Source: a virus (Duplodnaviria > Heunggongvirae > Uroviricota > Caudoviricetes). From it: DNA of 32,473 nucleotides. Of this stretch, positions 1-8,276 are shown piece by piece; position 1 is the first letter of the stretch; each line of letters opens with the position of its first letter. The translations under genes were made by a program, and so were the position numbers. Below the pieces are notes generated by a model, which worked only from the letters and a program-made list of their open reading frames with translations, ran no database searches and was not told the DNA's origin. Location of the stretch: IMG/VR virus record IMGVR_UViG_3300045988_153444, one strand, 5' to 3'.

Positions 1-2
1 AT

Positions 3-98
3 ATTTATATAAAAAGTGCTTTGCAGGTGGGAAAAAATTTCCTATGATTATACCCGAAACCGAGCGATACCCGCCCTGGTTAAACCGGAGATAACCCG
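3..98 (+). promoter_or_regulatory. Promoter/5'UTR module, copy 1 of a duplicated ~88-bp upstream region (copy 2 at 31290-31383)
   Basis: Read directly: near-identical sequence ...tttatataaaaagNgctttRcaggtgggaaaaaatttcctatg(a)ttatacccgaaaccgagcgatacccgccctggttaaaccggaga precedes ATG 99 and ATG 31384. Contains -35-like TTGCAG, -10-like TATGAT and a GGAG about 8 nt before the ATG. Promoter role is inferred. Confidence 0.5.
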
Positions 99-368
99 AT
101 GAAAGTACAAGACCGTGAAGTAGTAAAAAACCTCCTGCAATACCTGACCTCAAAAAACCTGACGGGCAGCGTTGAGTACCGTGAAGCGTTAAAACATTTC
201 AACGTCACTACGGTTTATCGTTGGGAAAACAAACATTCTGAAAGACCGTATGTGGTGGATGTTTTTGCGCCTGATATTGAGTGCGGTTTTGAGCGCCATT
301 CATTCAAAAAGAAACATTCCGCTGATGTTTTTTGTGAGGTTGTATGTGCGGCAGGAGATGATGAGTGA
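99..368 (+). CDS. Hypothetical protein (89 aa)
   Basis: ORF with GGAG 8 nt upstream of ATG; stop overlaps the next ORF start (coupled). No recognisable family motif. Confidence 0.5.
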   Translation: MKVQDREVVKNLLQYLTSKNLTGSVEYREALKHFNVTTVYRWENKHSERPYVVDVFAPDIECGFERHSFKKKHSADVFCEVVCAAGDDE

Positions 369-565
369 TGCGTATTTCCTTCAAACGTGCGACTGAGCAG
401 CAACGCAAAGAGTTCCTGGCTGATGATGTTGCGGCCGTTTATGACCTCATGAAAGAGGTTGTGGAATCAGGAAACTACACGGCGGCAAAGATGCTTAAAC
501 TGCAATTCTTGCTGGGCGACCTGAAATACAAATCCGAAGTTGTCGCCGGACGACGCGAGCATTAA
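368..565 (+). CDS. Hypothetical small protein (65 aa from ATG 368; ORF track starts at GTG 365)
   Basis: AGGAG about 10 nt upstream of ATG 368; followed by a hairpin terminator. Confidence 0.45.
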   Translation: MRISFKRATEQQRKEFLADDVAAVYDLMKEVVESGNYTAAKMLKLQFLLGDLKYKSEVVAGRREH

Positions 566-589
566 ACCGTAACGATAACGAACAACGAG

Positions 590-614
590 CCTCGGCAATT
601 GCCGGGGCTTTTTT
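590..614 (+). terminator. Rho-independent terminator candidate
   Basis: Hairpin cctcggc-aatt-gccgggg followed by cttttttac, read directly. Confidence 0.6.
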
Positions 615-639
615 ACATCCAGACAAAGGAGAACATGGG

Positions 640-939
640 ATGCCTTCGACAAGCACCAAAAAAGAAATGGCGGTTAGTGATGTGCTTTACGCGCTTTCGA
701 CTATATGTGACGGAGCAATGATGAGGATGAAAGTCCTCCATGAAGCATACGGAAAAAGTCACGATGAGGCAGCTAAAGAGTGCCTGAATGAGATTGTGGA
801 CTTCATTGATAGCCATCGTTCAGTTATATCGCGTCAACCGACAGCGTCGTCCATCACGATTAGCGCACCGGTTATCAATATATCAGTAACTGCGGCATGT
901 AAATCAGCAGCGGAAGATGATCGTGCTTATGCCGAGTGA
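640..939 (+). CDS. Hypothetical protein (99 aa)
   Basis: ORF with AGGAG 8 nt upstream of ATG 640; no recognisable motif. Confidence 0.45.
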   Translation: MPSTSTKKEMAVSDVLYALSTICDGAMMRMKVLHEAYGKSHDEAAKECLNEIVDFIDSHRSVISRQPTASSITISAPVINISVTAACKSAAEDDRAYAE

Positions 940-1129
940 TTTGTTCTGGTTTCCGCTTCCAATAAGAGATTTGTTGGTATTTCTAGCTGGCGCTTACGTC
1001 TGGAGAAAAGCGAAAGACACCTCGTTATCTTTGAGGTTTGTCTTAGCTATATCGGTAGGAACCGCGCTGGGGACGGCGTATCTCTTGACATTACTGGAGA
1101 TATTCATTGAAGAATGGATAGTTTCATGA
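917..1129 (+). CDS. Hypothetical small hydrophobic (membrane?) protein, 70 aa
   Basis: ORF overlapping the previous gene by 23 nt; hydrophobic stretches (LLVFLAGAYVW, VLAISVGTALGTAYLLTLL). Confidence 0.35.
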   Translation: MIVLMPSDLFWFPLPIRDLLVFLAGAYVWRKAKDTSLSLRFVLAISVGTALGTAYLLTLLEIFIEEWIVS

Positions 1130-1278
1130 ATGGTGTTGGCATTTTTCTGATGGTTGTGGCCGTGTGTTTTTGTATCTCGCTGGTGGTTATCGCTGGTGTC
1201 CTGTGGCGCATCTTAGTGGCGCAGAGGGCTTTTCGGCTTAAGCGGGAGCAAATGCGCCTTGATTTATATCGAAAGTAA
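1126..1278 (+). CDS. Small membrane protein candidate, 50 aa (not in the supplied ORF track)
   Basis: Hand translation: MNGVGIFLMVVAVCFCISLVVIAGVLWRILVAQRAFRLKREQMRLDLYRK. One predicted transmembrane segment plus a basic C-terminus; ATG overlaps the stop of the preceding ORF; followed by a terminator. Confidence 0.4.
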   Translation: MNGVGIFLMVVAVCFCISLVVIAGVLWRILVAQRAFRLKREQMRLDLYRK

Positions 1279-1285
1279 CTCTTAC

Positions 1286-1315
1286 AGCCTCGCGGTGTCG
1301 CGGGGCTTTTTATTT
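1286..1315 (+). terminator. Rho-independent terminator candidate
   Basis: Hairpin agcctcgcgg-tgt-cgcggggct followed by ttttatttt. Confidence 0.55.
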
Positions 1316-1327
1316 TCAGGTGATGTT

Positions 1328-1738
1328 ATGGAAAAGAAAGAAGATAAACCGATTGCCATTGGTGCAGAGTCTGTTCCGTTTAAGTTTGAATTATCCCAAC
1401 TGGTAACAATGCGTATCAGTGAAGAGTGGGGAGAAGTTCAAGCCCGTGCTCAGTATGCAAATGGCGAAAACCAGTATCTGATTCACTATCAGGCGGCTGA
1501 TGGCCGTGCTACCACAGAGTGGTTCGGTGAGTCGATGCTGATTGCGATGGAGGATAAACGTCATCCTGGCTGCCCTGTTTTTGCCTGTATTGATTTGCCA
1601 GAAGGCGCGGTACTTGAAGACGACAAAGAAGAATGGTCGCCTGATGGCGAACTTGTCATTACCGGAATCGTGGATGGTAAGCCGGAATATTCCCGTATTG
1701 AGGTAAATAACGGCCACATCTGTTTGATCCCTGCGTAA
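1328..1738 (+). CDS. Hypothetical acidic protein (136 aa from ATG 1328; ORF track extends to 1259)
   Basis: AGGTGA 7 nt upstream of ATG 1328; no family recognised. Confidence 0.55.
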   Translation: MEKKEDKPIAIGAESVPFKFELSQLVTMRISEEWGEVQARAQYANGENQYLIHYQAADGRATTEWFGESMLIAMEDKRHPGCPVFACIDLPEGAVLEDDKEEWSPDGELVITGIVDGKPEYSRIEVNNGHICLIPA

Positions 1739-1972
1739 CGCATTACAGCAGCTCTTGTGCTAATCAGGGGCTGCGATAATGCGCAAACCAAAGCTGCCTC
1801 ATTAACTCCTGCTCGCTGTGGAGTTAATGCTGGTGGCTTTTTTATTACTGGAAGGTGGGCGACCGCCGTCAGTTGCGACCTGACGACAGTCATTCATACC
1901 CACAGGGTGCCGTGGATACAAACCGAGGCCCACTTGCTTGCACAAGCGAGGGGATTTTAGCGGATAAACGGC

Positions 1973-2596
1973 ATGACAAAACATCTTAATGTGGTTTCTT
2001 TACCACTTTCTGTGTTGATTGGTTATGAAAAGAACGCTCGCACACACTCCGTGGAGCAGGTAGATCAGATTGTTGCCAGCATACAGGAGTACGGATGGAC
2101 TAATCCGATCCTGATAGACGAGAACAACGTTGTAATTGCTGGTCATGGTCGAATTGCTGCGGCCACTCAGTTGGGGATGGATGATGTTCCCTGCATTGTT
2201 CTGGCTGGGCTAACGGAGAATCAGAAGAAGGCATATCGTCTGGCCGACAACCGTATTCCGCTGAATGCTGGTTGGGATGAAGAGTTGTTAAGCGCGGAGC
2301 TTGCAGATCTTGCGGCCGATGATTTTGCTCTGGACTCAATTGGTTTTACTCAGCGCGAACTGGATAACTTATTGAGTGCGGCGGTCTACGATGACACAGA
2401 GGGTATGGATATCCCATTTGAGAAGGATGAGGCCAAATCAGGCGTAAAAGTTCAGTACCTGTCATTTGGAGGTCATAAAATCCCGGCAACGGATGAGGAA
2501 GCGGATCGTTTTGACTGCGCGGTGTCTCGTTATGTTGATGATAATGGCAGCTATATCGGATTTGTATCCGCATTGCTGGCTGGGGAGGTGTGCTGA
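1973..2596 (+). CDS. ParB-like nuclease (ParB N-terminal) domain protein
   Basis: ParB/Srx-type N-terminal pattern (…NPILIDENNVVIAGHGRIAAATQLGMDDVPCIVL…KKAYRLADN…). Paralog of the 5262-5852 product. Confidence 0.8.
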   Translation: MTKHLNVVSLPLSVLIGYEKNARTHSVEQVDQIVASIQEYGWTNPILIDENNVVIAGHGRIAAATQLGMDDVPCIVLAGLTENQKKAYRLADNRIPLNAGWDEELLSAELADLAADDFALDSIGFTQRELDNLLSAAVYDDTEGMDIPFEKDEAKSGVKVQYLSFGGHKIPATDEEADRFDCAVSRYVDDNGSYIGFVSALLAGEVC

Positions 2597-3969
2597 TGCT
2601 TCACCTGAATTACGACATAACGCACCTACGCGGCGCGGAATATAACCCGCGTTTTATCGGTGAGGATGATCTTGCGAGGCTGGCGGAAAGCGTCAGGGAG
2701 CTGGGGCTTGTGAAGCCATTGATAGTGCGCGGCGATTTGCTGGTGGCGGGACACCAAAGGACGAAGGCGCTACGTAAGTTGGGAATAACGCGTGCTGCGG
2801 TGTATGTGTTGCCCTGTGAAACGACGGTATACGACGAAGTACGGTTTAACCAACTGCATAACGGAACGGATTTTGATAGCGGAGATGAGCGTTGCAGGGT
2901 GTCCGGTCTGGAAGATAAGCATGGTTTTGTTCAGGTATCGGCAAGCCAGATCTCAGGCAATATGCGCGCGAAAATGGCATATGTTCGAAAGAACATAGCG
3001 GAACTGGTTATCAAGTATGGTCCGTGGGGTGGTTGTGTTGCTACTCAGTCTGGTGAGGTTATTCACTGTGCTCAGTATGCATTAGCAGCGAAAATGACGC
3101 GCACACCGCTAACGGTGTTTGTGATCCCTGATGTTGAGAAGGAAAAATACCAAAGTTATCTGAATAAAACTTATGGTGTATTTGAGTATTCTCATCTGGA
3201 GAAAACAACATACATCCAGACGTATGCGCAGCTTATGCGGTTGCGTAATGGTGGCAGCCTGAAATCAAACCTGTATGAGTCGTTGATCCTCCCGATCATT
3301 GCCAAGACGCCAAGAGGAATTGATTTTGGTTCGGGGCAGGGAGACTACGCGCGAATGCTCAGGGCAAAGGGATATAACCTGCATGATCTCGAGCTTTTCC
3401 GCCGTAAGGGCGCTGGAAACACTCTGGATAGGACCGCAACAAACCGGATGATTGATACGCTGGTGGACGACTTAAAAACGCGAGGGCGTTACGACTACGT
3501 GATTTGCGATAGCGTTTTGAACTCGGTCGATAGTGTCGAGGCTGAATGGTCTGTTCTGACGGTTCTGAAAGGCCTGTGTAAAGCTGGTGGGTCAATATTC
3601 TTTTCTGGTCGTAGCCGTGGAGAGCTGGAAACAGTCCTGAAGCAAACACAAGCGGCGAGTTCCAAAAGCCGGCTTTATTTTATTGATCATAACGGTTTTA
3701 CCGCGTTGTACCGGAAGGGGCACTGGTTTTACCAGAAGTTTCACTCTGATGATGAAGTGAAGCAGTTGTGTCGTGTACATGGTTTCAGGATTAAGCGGTC
3801 AATATTCAACTGTAAGAGCTGGTATTTGCACGTCATTAACGATGATTCCCTTAGTTGGGCGAGTCTGGAGAAAGCTGTTCGTTTTGAGTTTGAGTTGCCG
3901 TTGCCTGGTGGTTCAACAATCGGACGATCTGATGATGTGCTGGCGGCTTTCCGGCCGCTGATTAAGTAG
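2596..3969 (+). CDS. ParB-like N-terminal domain fused to a class I SAM-dependent methyltransferase fold
   Basis: N-terminus KPLIVRGDLLVAGHQRTKALRKLG (ParB-like). C-terminal half has motif I IDFGSGQGDY, an acidic post-I residue (HDLE), YDYVICDSVL and GGSIFFSG. No (D/N/S)PP(Y/F/W) amino-methyltransferase motif was found. ATG 2596 overlaps the upstream stop (TGATG) with GGGGAGG SD. Confidence 0.75.
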   Translation: MLHLNYDITHLRGAEYNPRFIGEDDLARLAESVRELGLVKPLIVRGDLLVAGHQRTKALRKLGITRAAVYVLPCETTVYDEVRFNQLHNGTDFDSGDERCRVSGLEDKHGFVQVSASQISGNMRAKMAYVRKNIAELVIKYGPWGGCVATQSGEVIHCAQYALAAKMTRTPLTVFVIPDVEKEKYQSYLNKTYGVFEYSHLEKTTYIQTYAQLMRLRNGGSLKSNLYESLILPIIAKTPRGIDFGSGQGDYARMLRAKGYNLHDLELFRRKGAGNTLDRTATNRMIDTLVDDLKTRGRYDYVICDSVLNSVDSVEAEWSVLTVLKGLCKAGGSIFFSGRSRGELETVLKQTQAASSKSRLYFIDHNGFTALYRKGHWFYQKFHSDDEVKQLCRVHGFRIKRSIFNCKSWYLHVINDDSLSWASLEKAVRFEFELPLPGGSTIGRSDDVLAAFRPLIK

Positions 3970-3985
3970 TGTGTAGGAGGCGCTG

Positions 3986-4705
3986 GTGGCTGACAGAATT
4001 GAGATAAAGATGGATTTTTCTTCTCAGGATATTCAACGGCAACTCCAGCGCATTGAAGAACGCGAATTGCCGTTCGCAATGGCGCTTACAGCAACCAGAA
4101 CGGCAAAGGCTTCTCAGGCTGCGATTAAGGATGAAATTAATCGGGTATTTGACAGGCCCACGCCGTGGATTCAGAACTCTACTTACGTTTTAGCCGCAAA
4201 GAAGAGTGATCCTACAGCCATTGTGTATGCTCGTGAATGGGGTGGAACGCCAGCCCCTGTAACGTTGACTCCGCAAATCGAAGGCGGCCAACGACAGTAC
4301 AAACGCTCAGAAGGGGCGCTAAGGGCTGGTGGATATTTGCCTAACGGCTGGCAGCTTGCTCCTGGTCCCGGCGCAAAGCTGGACAAATACGGGAATATTT
4401 CGCGGGGGCAATTACAGCAGGTCTTATCTGGCCTAAGAGTTCAGCGAGATGCGCATCAAAATCGCCGTCAGGGCAAGCCTACGGAGTTTTTTGTTGTTCG
4501 ACCTGGTACAAGTAACCCGCTTCAACCAGGCGTCTGGCAGCGCGTTGGGCGGCGTCCTACGTTGATCCTTACGTTCATCCAGCAACCTAACTATTCGCAG
4601 CGTCTTGATTGGCATGGCGTGGCGCTGCGTGCTGGTGAGGATGCGTTTGCTGATGAAGTCACAAAGGCTATTGATGACATCCTTTCTAAGACGTTCTCTC
4701 GTTAA
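3986..4705 (+). CDS. Hypothetical protein (239 aa), last gene of the ParB/methyltransferase operon
   Basis: GTG start with AGGAGG 5 nt upstream; no family recognised. Confidence 0.6.
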   Translation: MADRIEIKMDFSSQDIQRQLQRIEERELPFAMALTATRTAKASQAAIKDEINRVFDRPTPWIQNSTYVLAAKKSDPTAIVYAREWGGTPAPVTLTPQIEGGQRQYKRSEGALRAGGYLPNGWQLAPGPGAKLDKYGNISRGQLQQVLSGLRVQRDAHQNRRQGKPTEFFVVRPGTSNPLQPGVWQRVGRRPTLILTFIQQPNYSQRLDWHGVALRAGEDAFADEVTKAIDDILSKTFSR

Positions 4706-4889
4706 TCATCGTGTGGTTGATGGTGTTGTTATGCAGGGTGTATTCACTGTGTTCTGTAGCGTCGCTCGCTGGCTGTCTGTGGGGGAGCACGAGCATCGTT
4801 TCATCGTCCGGCAGAATTGGGTCCTTCTGGCCAAAAGCGTTGGATGCGGGTCATTCGAACCCCGATATTCGGCTAGCTAAACGTGAAAA

Positions 4890-5260
4890 AAGTTAGGTTA
4901 AAAGTTGCGGTAAAAGAAATTTACTCATCTCATTGAAAAATATCGGGAAAACGTGATTTTTTCTGTATTTGTGCTGGTAAGAAGAAAGTGGAAAATTTTC
5001 TTTTAGATCATCAAGATACGCGCAGATCTTTAACCAATGTGATGTTGTTCTGATAAAAATCGTTATAAATCATGCAAATACATCCAATCTTTTAACCAAA
5101 ACACCATCGCAAGATCCTTTTTACTTATAAAAACTTAATAAAATCAGATAATTATGCTGGTTTGTGTGATTTTTTATGAGTAAAAAGATCGTCATTTTTC
5201 TCTTTTAGTATCAATAAGTTAAACAGTTTTCTTTAACCTGTTGTGTTATGGCGGTTAAAA
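4890..5260 (+). promoter_or_regulatory. AT-rich non-coding region upstream of the packaging operon; candidate late promoter and/or cos/pac region
   Basis: No convincing ORF. Four GATC sites counted by eye (5006, 5026, 5113, 5187). TCTTT(T)AACC motif three times (5027, 5089, 5230). Function is inferred. Confidence 0.3.
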
Positions 5261-5261
5261 A

Positions 5262-5852
5262 ATGGCTCTAAAAATCGAATATTTACCAGTCGGTAAGTTG
5301 CTCAGATATGCCAAAAATTCACGGACTCATTCAGATGAGCAAGTTGAACAGTTGGTGAACAGTATCCGTGAGTTCGGTTTCACTAATCCTGTGCTGATCG
5401 ATGAAAAGAATGAACTGATTGCGGGGCATGGGCGGCTTGCAGCAGCCGAAATTCTGGAAATGGATAAAGTTCCGGCGATTCGGTTGAGTAACCTTTCTGA
5501 AAAACAGAAGAAGGCTTACAGGATTGCAGATAACAAGCTGGCCTTAAATGCTGGCTGGGATATGCAGCTTCTGGCCGAAGAAGTCAAAGAGTTAATGGAT
5601 GATGATTTTGATATTGATCTGCTTGGGTTTAATGATGCAGAGCTTGACGAAATGTTAAGCGATGAACAGCCGCAGGAAGAAGACGATAATTCTTCCCCTG
5701 TTGTTCAAATTAAGTACCTGGCTATTGATAAAGAACGTATTCCCGCGACGGATATGGAAATTGCATTGTTGCTGGATGTTTATCGTCAGTACCACGACGC
5801 GCATGAAACGCATGAGGGATTTGTTCAGTATCTTGCTAATGGTTGCAAGTAA
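5262..5852 (+). CDS. ParB-like nuclease domain protein (paralog of 1973-2596)
   Basis: …NPVLIDEKNELIAGHGRLAAAEILEMDKVPAIRL…KKAYRIADN…; collinear similarity to the first ParB-like protein. Confidence 0.8.
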   Translation: MALKIEYLPVGKLLRYAKNSRTHSDEQVEQLVNSIREFGFTNPVLIDEKNELIAGHGRLAAAEILEMDKVPAIRLSNLSEKQKKAYRIADNKLALNAGWDMQLLAEEVKELMDDDFDIDLLGFNDAELDEMLSDEQPQEEDDNSSPVVQIKYLAIDKERIPATDMEIALLLDVYRQYHDAHETHEGFVQYLANGCK

Positions 5853-6403
5853 TGGCCATCGTCAGTAAGTCAGAGTTTGCCCGCCGGAAAGGTATTTCTC
5901 CGGCAATGGTTACGAAGCTCTGTCGTTCCGGTCGCATTCCAGTGCTGAAAAGCGGCAAGCTGGATTTTGATAAAGCCAGTGCGGCTTATGAAGCGAGCCG
6001 ACAGGTTGGTCGTGAGGTATCTGCTGAAAATGGAAAAAGAGGGCATGGGATATCTTCGGAACAACCAGAGTTACCCGCTGATGATGCCGGATTAGCTGGT
6101 GGTACTTCCGGTGTTGCGGTGCAATTCAACAAGGCTAAGACCGCAGAAAAAATTTATCAGGCAAAGCTGAAACGCCTTGAATTTGAAGAAAAGGAAGGCT
6201 CTCTCATCGCTAAAGATGCGGTCAGGGATGATGCATTTCTGGCAGCTAATGAATTGCGTAGCCGCTTATTTAGTATTGCTCCAAGAGCAGCTCCCCGTTG
6301 TGAAGGCAAAACAGCCAGGGAGATCGAGCGCATTATTGAAGACGAGATTAATTTTGCGCTTCAGGCGCTCCAGGAATCCCGATTTATTAAGCAGGAAGAA
6401 TAA
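5852..6403 (+). CDS. Terminase small subunit (HTH-containing)
   Basis: Sits immediately upstream of the large terminase; N-terminal HTH-like segment (SKSEFARRKGISPAMVTKLCRSG). ATG 5852 overlaps the upstream stop (TAATG); ORF track extends to 5843. Confidence 0.65.
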   Translation: MAIVSKSEFARRKGISPAMVTKLCRSGRIPVLKSGKLDFDKASAAYEASRQVGREVSAENGKRGHGISSEQPELPADDAGLAGGTSGVAVQFNKAKTAEKIYQAKLKRLEFEEKEGSLIAKDAVRDDAFLAANELRSRLFSIAPRAAPRCEGKTAREIERIIEDEINFALQALQESRFIKQEE

Positions 6404-6408
6404 ACCTC

Positions 6409-8265
6409 ATGGGCGAAACAGTATGGAGCACCGCTTTTTTCCGTGCGCTTCGCCCTAAATCACGGCTAACTGTTTCCGAATGGGCTGATAAGTATCGTCA
6501 TGTAGCGCCGGGAACGTCTCCAGAGCCAGGGCCGTGGCGTACAAGCCGAGTGCCATATTTGCGTGAACCAATGGATGTTATTGGTGACGCTGATACAGAA
6601 ACAGTAGTGATGCAATGTAGCTCGCAAATTGGTAAATCCGAATTACAGCTAAATGTTATGGGTTACTTTGCAGATCAGGAGCCATCTCCTCAGTTGATGA
6701 TTTATCCAACGGTAGAGGCGGCTGAGGCTTTTTCAAAAGAGCGTATTGATCCGACGTTCAAATATTCCCCTGGTTTGAAACACAAGCTGCATGAAGGGAA
6801 AGAGGGGCGCGGTGCAGCCAAAAAGTCCAGCACGACTATACGTATGAAGCATTACGCTGGTGGATATATAGCACTTGTTGGTGCTAATTCCCCAGCAGGT
6901 CTTGCATCCAGGCCAATTCGAATACTGTTAGCTGATGAGATTGATCGTTACGGTGTGACGCAGGAGGGCGACCCACTAAAACTAGGTATTCAGCGTACTA
7001 CCAACTTTCATAATCGTAAGAAAGTTTTTGTTTCTACTCCTGTTTTGGAGGAAACAAGCAAAATCCACAAGTGGTTTAAGCTCTCCGATCAGCGTTACTA
7101 CCATGTTCCTTGCCCATGTTGTGGCACCATGCAGGTGATGAAATGGTCGCAAGTCAGATGGGATAAGAGCGATTCAGGTGAGGCGTTACCGGAAACGGCC
7201 AGATATGAGTGCTGTGAGTGCGGCGGGATTATGCGCGGATCTGGTAAACCAGACGTTGATTGGTTGGCGAAGGGGGTATGGATAGCTGAACATACTGGAG
7301 TTAAAGGTATTGTTGGTTTTCATATTAACAGTCTTTACTCCCCGTGGGTTGCATTGTCAGAGCTGGTTGAAGAATTTACGGAAGCAACCAGAAACCGCGA
7401 TAAAAATGGATTAATGGAGTTTATTAACCTTAAGCTGGGTGAGCCATGGAAAGAGGATGCTAAAGACGATATCGATCCTGAATACTTGTTGCAACGCAGA
7501 ATAAGGTTTGAAGAGTTTTTACCAGATGATGTTTTATTGTTAAGTGCTGGTGTTGACGTACAGGACACGTATTTAGTTTGTGAATTGGTCGGTTGGGGAA
7601 AAGGTAAGGAGTCATGGGGGATAGAATATAAAATATTCCCAGGTGATCCCGCACAAGATGTTGTCTGGAAACAACTTGATGAATACTTACTCCGTAGCTG
7701 GTCATTCCGTGACGGTCGAAAATTACAGATTTCTTCCGTTTGTATTGACTCTGGTGGGCATTTTACGACAGAGGTATATCGCTTTACTAAGCCGAGAGAA
7801 TCAAGGCGAATATACTCTATCAGGGGGCGTGGTGGGGTAGGTTTACCATTTATAGGAAAGCCAAGTAATAATAACCGTGTGGGTGCTATGTTGTTTAATT
7901 TGGGGGTTGATGATGGTAAAGGGACCATCATGGCAAGAATTAAACTACATGATCCTGGTCCTGGTTATATGCATTTCCCATTAGATTCTGACAGAGGATA
8001 TGATACCGAATACTTTAAAGGATTATTATCAGAGAAAAAAATATTTGAATATAAAAATGGGCAGACAAAAGAAAAGTGGGTGAAAGTCTACGAGCGTAAC
8101 GAGCCTCTTGATTGCCGTAACTATGCAACTGCCGCGATGGAAATTCTGAACCCTAATTTTAACTGGCTTGCCGAACAGGAAATGCGAGGTAATGTGTATG
8201 TGCAGAACTCGTCAGGTATACGTAGAAGACGCCGTAGAGTTATAAGTAAAGGCGTAACCATATAG
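6409..8265 (+). CDS. Terminase large subunit, lambda GpA family
   Basis: 618-aa protein, P-loop-like SSQIGKS, size and order (terS-terL-W-portal) typical of lambda-like packaging modules. Confidence 0.9.
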   Translation: MGETVWSTAFFRALRPKSRLTVSEWADKYRHVAPGTSPEPGPWRTSRVPYLREPMDVIGDADTETVVMQCSSQIGKSELQLNVMGYFADQEPSPQLMIYPTVEAAEAFSKERIDPTFKYSPGLKHKLHEGKEGRGAAKKSSTTIRMKHYAGGYIALVGANSPAGLASRPIRILLADEIDRYGVTQEGDPLKLGIQRTTNFHNRKKVFVSTPVLEETSKIHKWFKLSDQRYYHVPCPCCGTMQVMKWSQVRWDKSDSGEALPETARYECCECGGIMRGSGKPDVDWLAKGVWIAEHTGVKGIVGFHINSLYSPWVALSELVEEFTEATRNRDKNGLMEFINLKLGEPWKEDAKDDIDPEYLLQRRIRFEEFLPDDVLLLSAGVDVQDTYLVCELVGWGKGKESWGIEYKIFPGDPAQDVVWKQLDEYLLRSWSFRDGRKLQISSVCIDSGGHFTTEVYRFTKPRESRRIYSIRGRGGVGLPFIGKPSNNNRVGAMLFNLGVDDGKGTIMARIKLHDPGPGYMHFPLDSDRGYDTEYFKGLLSEKKIFEYKNGQTKEKWVKVYERNEPLDCRNYATAAMEILNPNFNWLAEQEMRGNVYVQNSSGIRRRRRRVISKGVTI

Positions 8266-8276
8266 AGGAAATATAA

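Noticed and set aside
1757-1984. ORFs 1757-1960 (+) and 1802-1984 (-)
   Set aside because: Short, overlapping on opposite strands, inside a hairpin-rich intergenic region; no translation signals.
2596-3969. Calling the methyltransferase a Dam-like N6-adenine DNA methyltransferase
   Set aside because: No DPPY/NPPY/SPPY motif is present, so only the generic class I SAM methyltransferase fold is claimed.
4835-4870. tRNA-like motif (gggtcattcgaacccc, resembling a T-arm)
   Set aside because: The flanking sequence cannot be folded into acceptor, D and anticodon arms; no cloverleaf.
4605-4896. ORFs 4605-4880 and 4711-4896 after the ParB/methyltransferase operon
   Set aside because: Overlapping frames, no ribosome-binding sites, unremarkable composition; likely non-coding 3' region.
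7335-7931. Minus-strand ORFs nested inside large plus-strand genes (e.g. 7335-7931, 12763-13122, 23243-23575, 24636-24908, 31893-32291)
   Set aside because: They lie entirely antisense within well-supported, translationally coupled genes and lack ribosome-binding sites; treated as chance ORFs.
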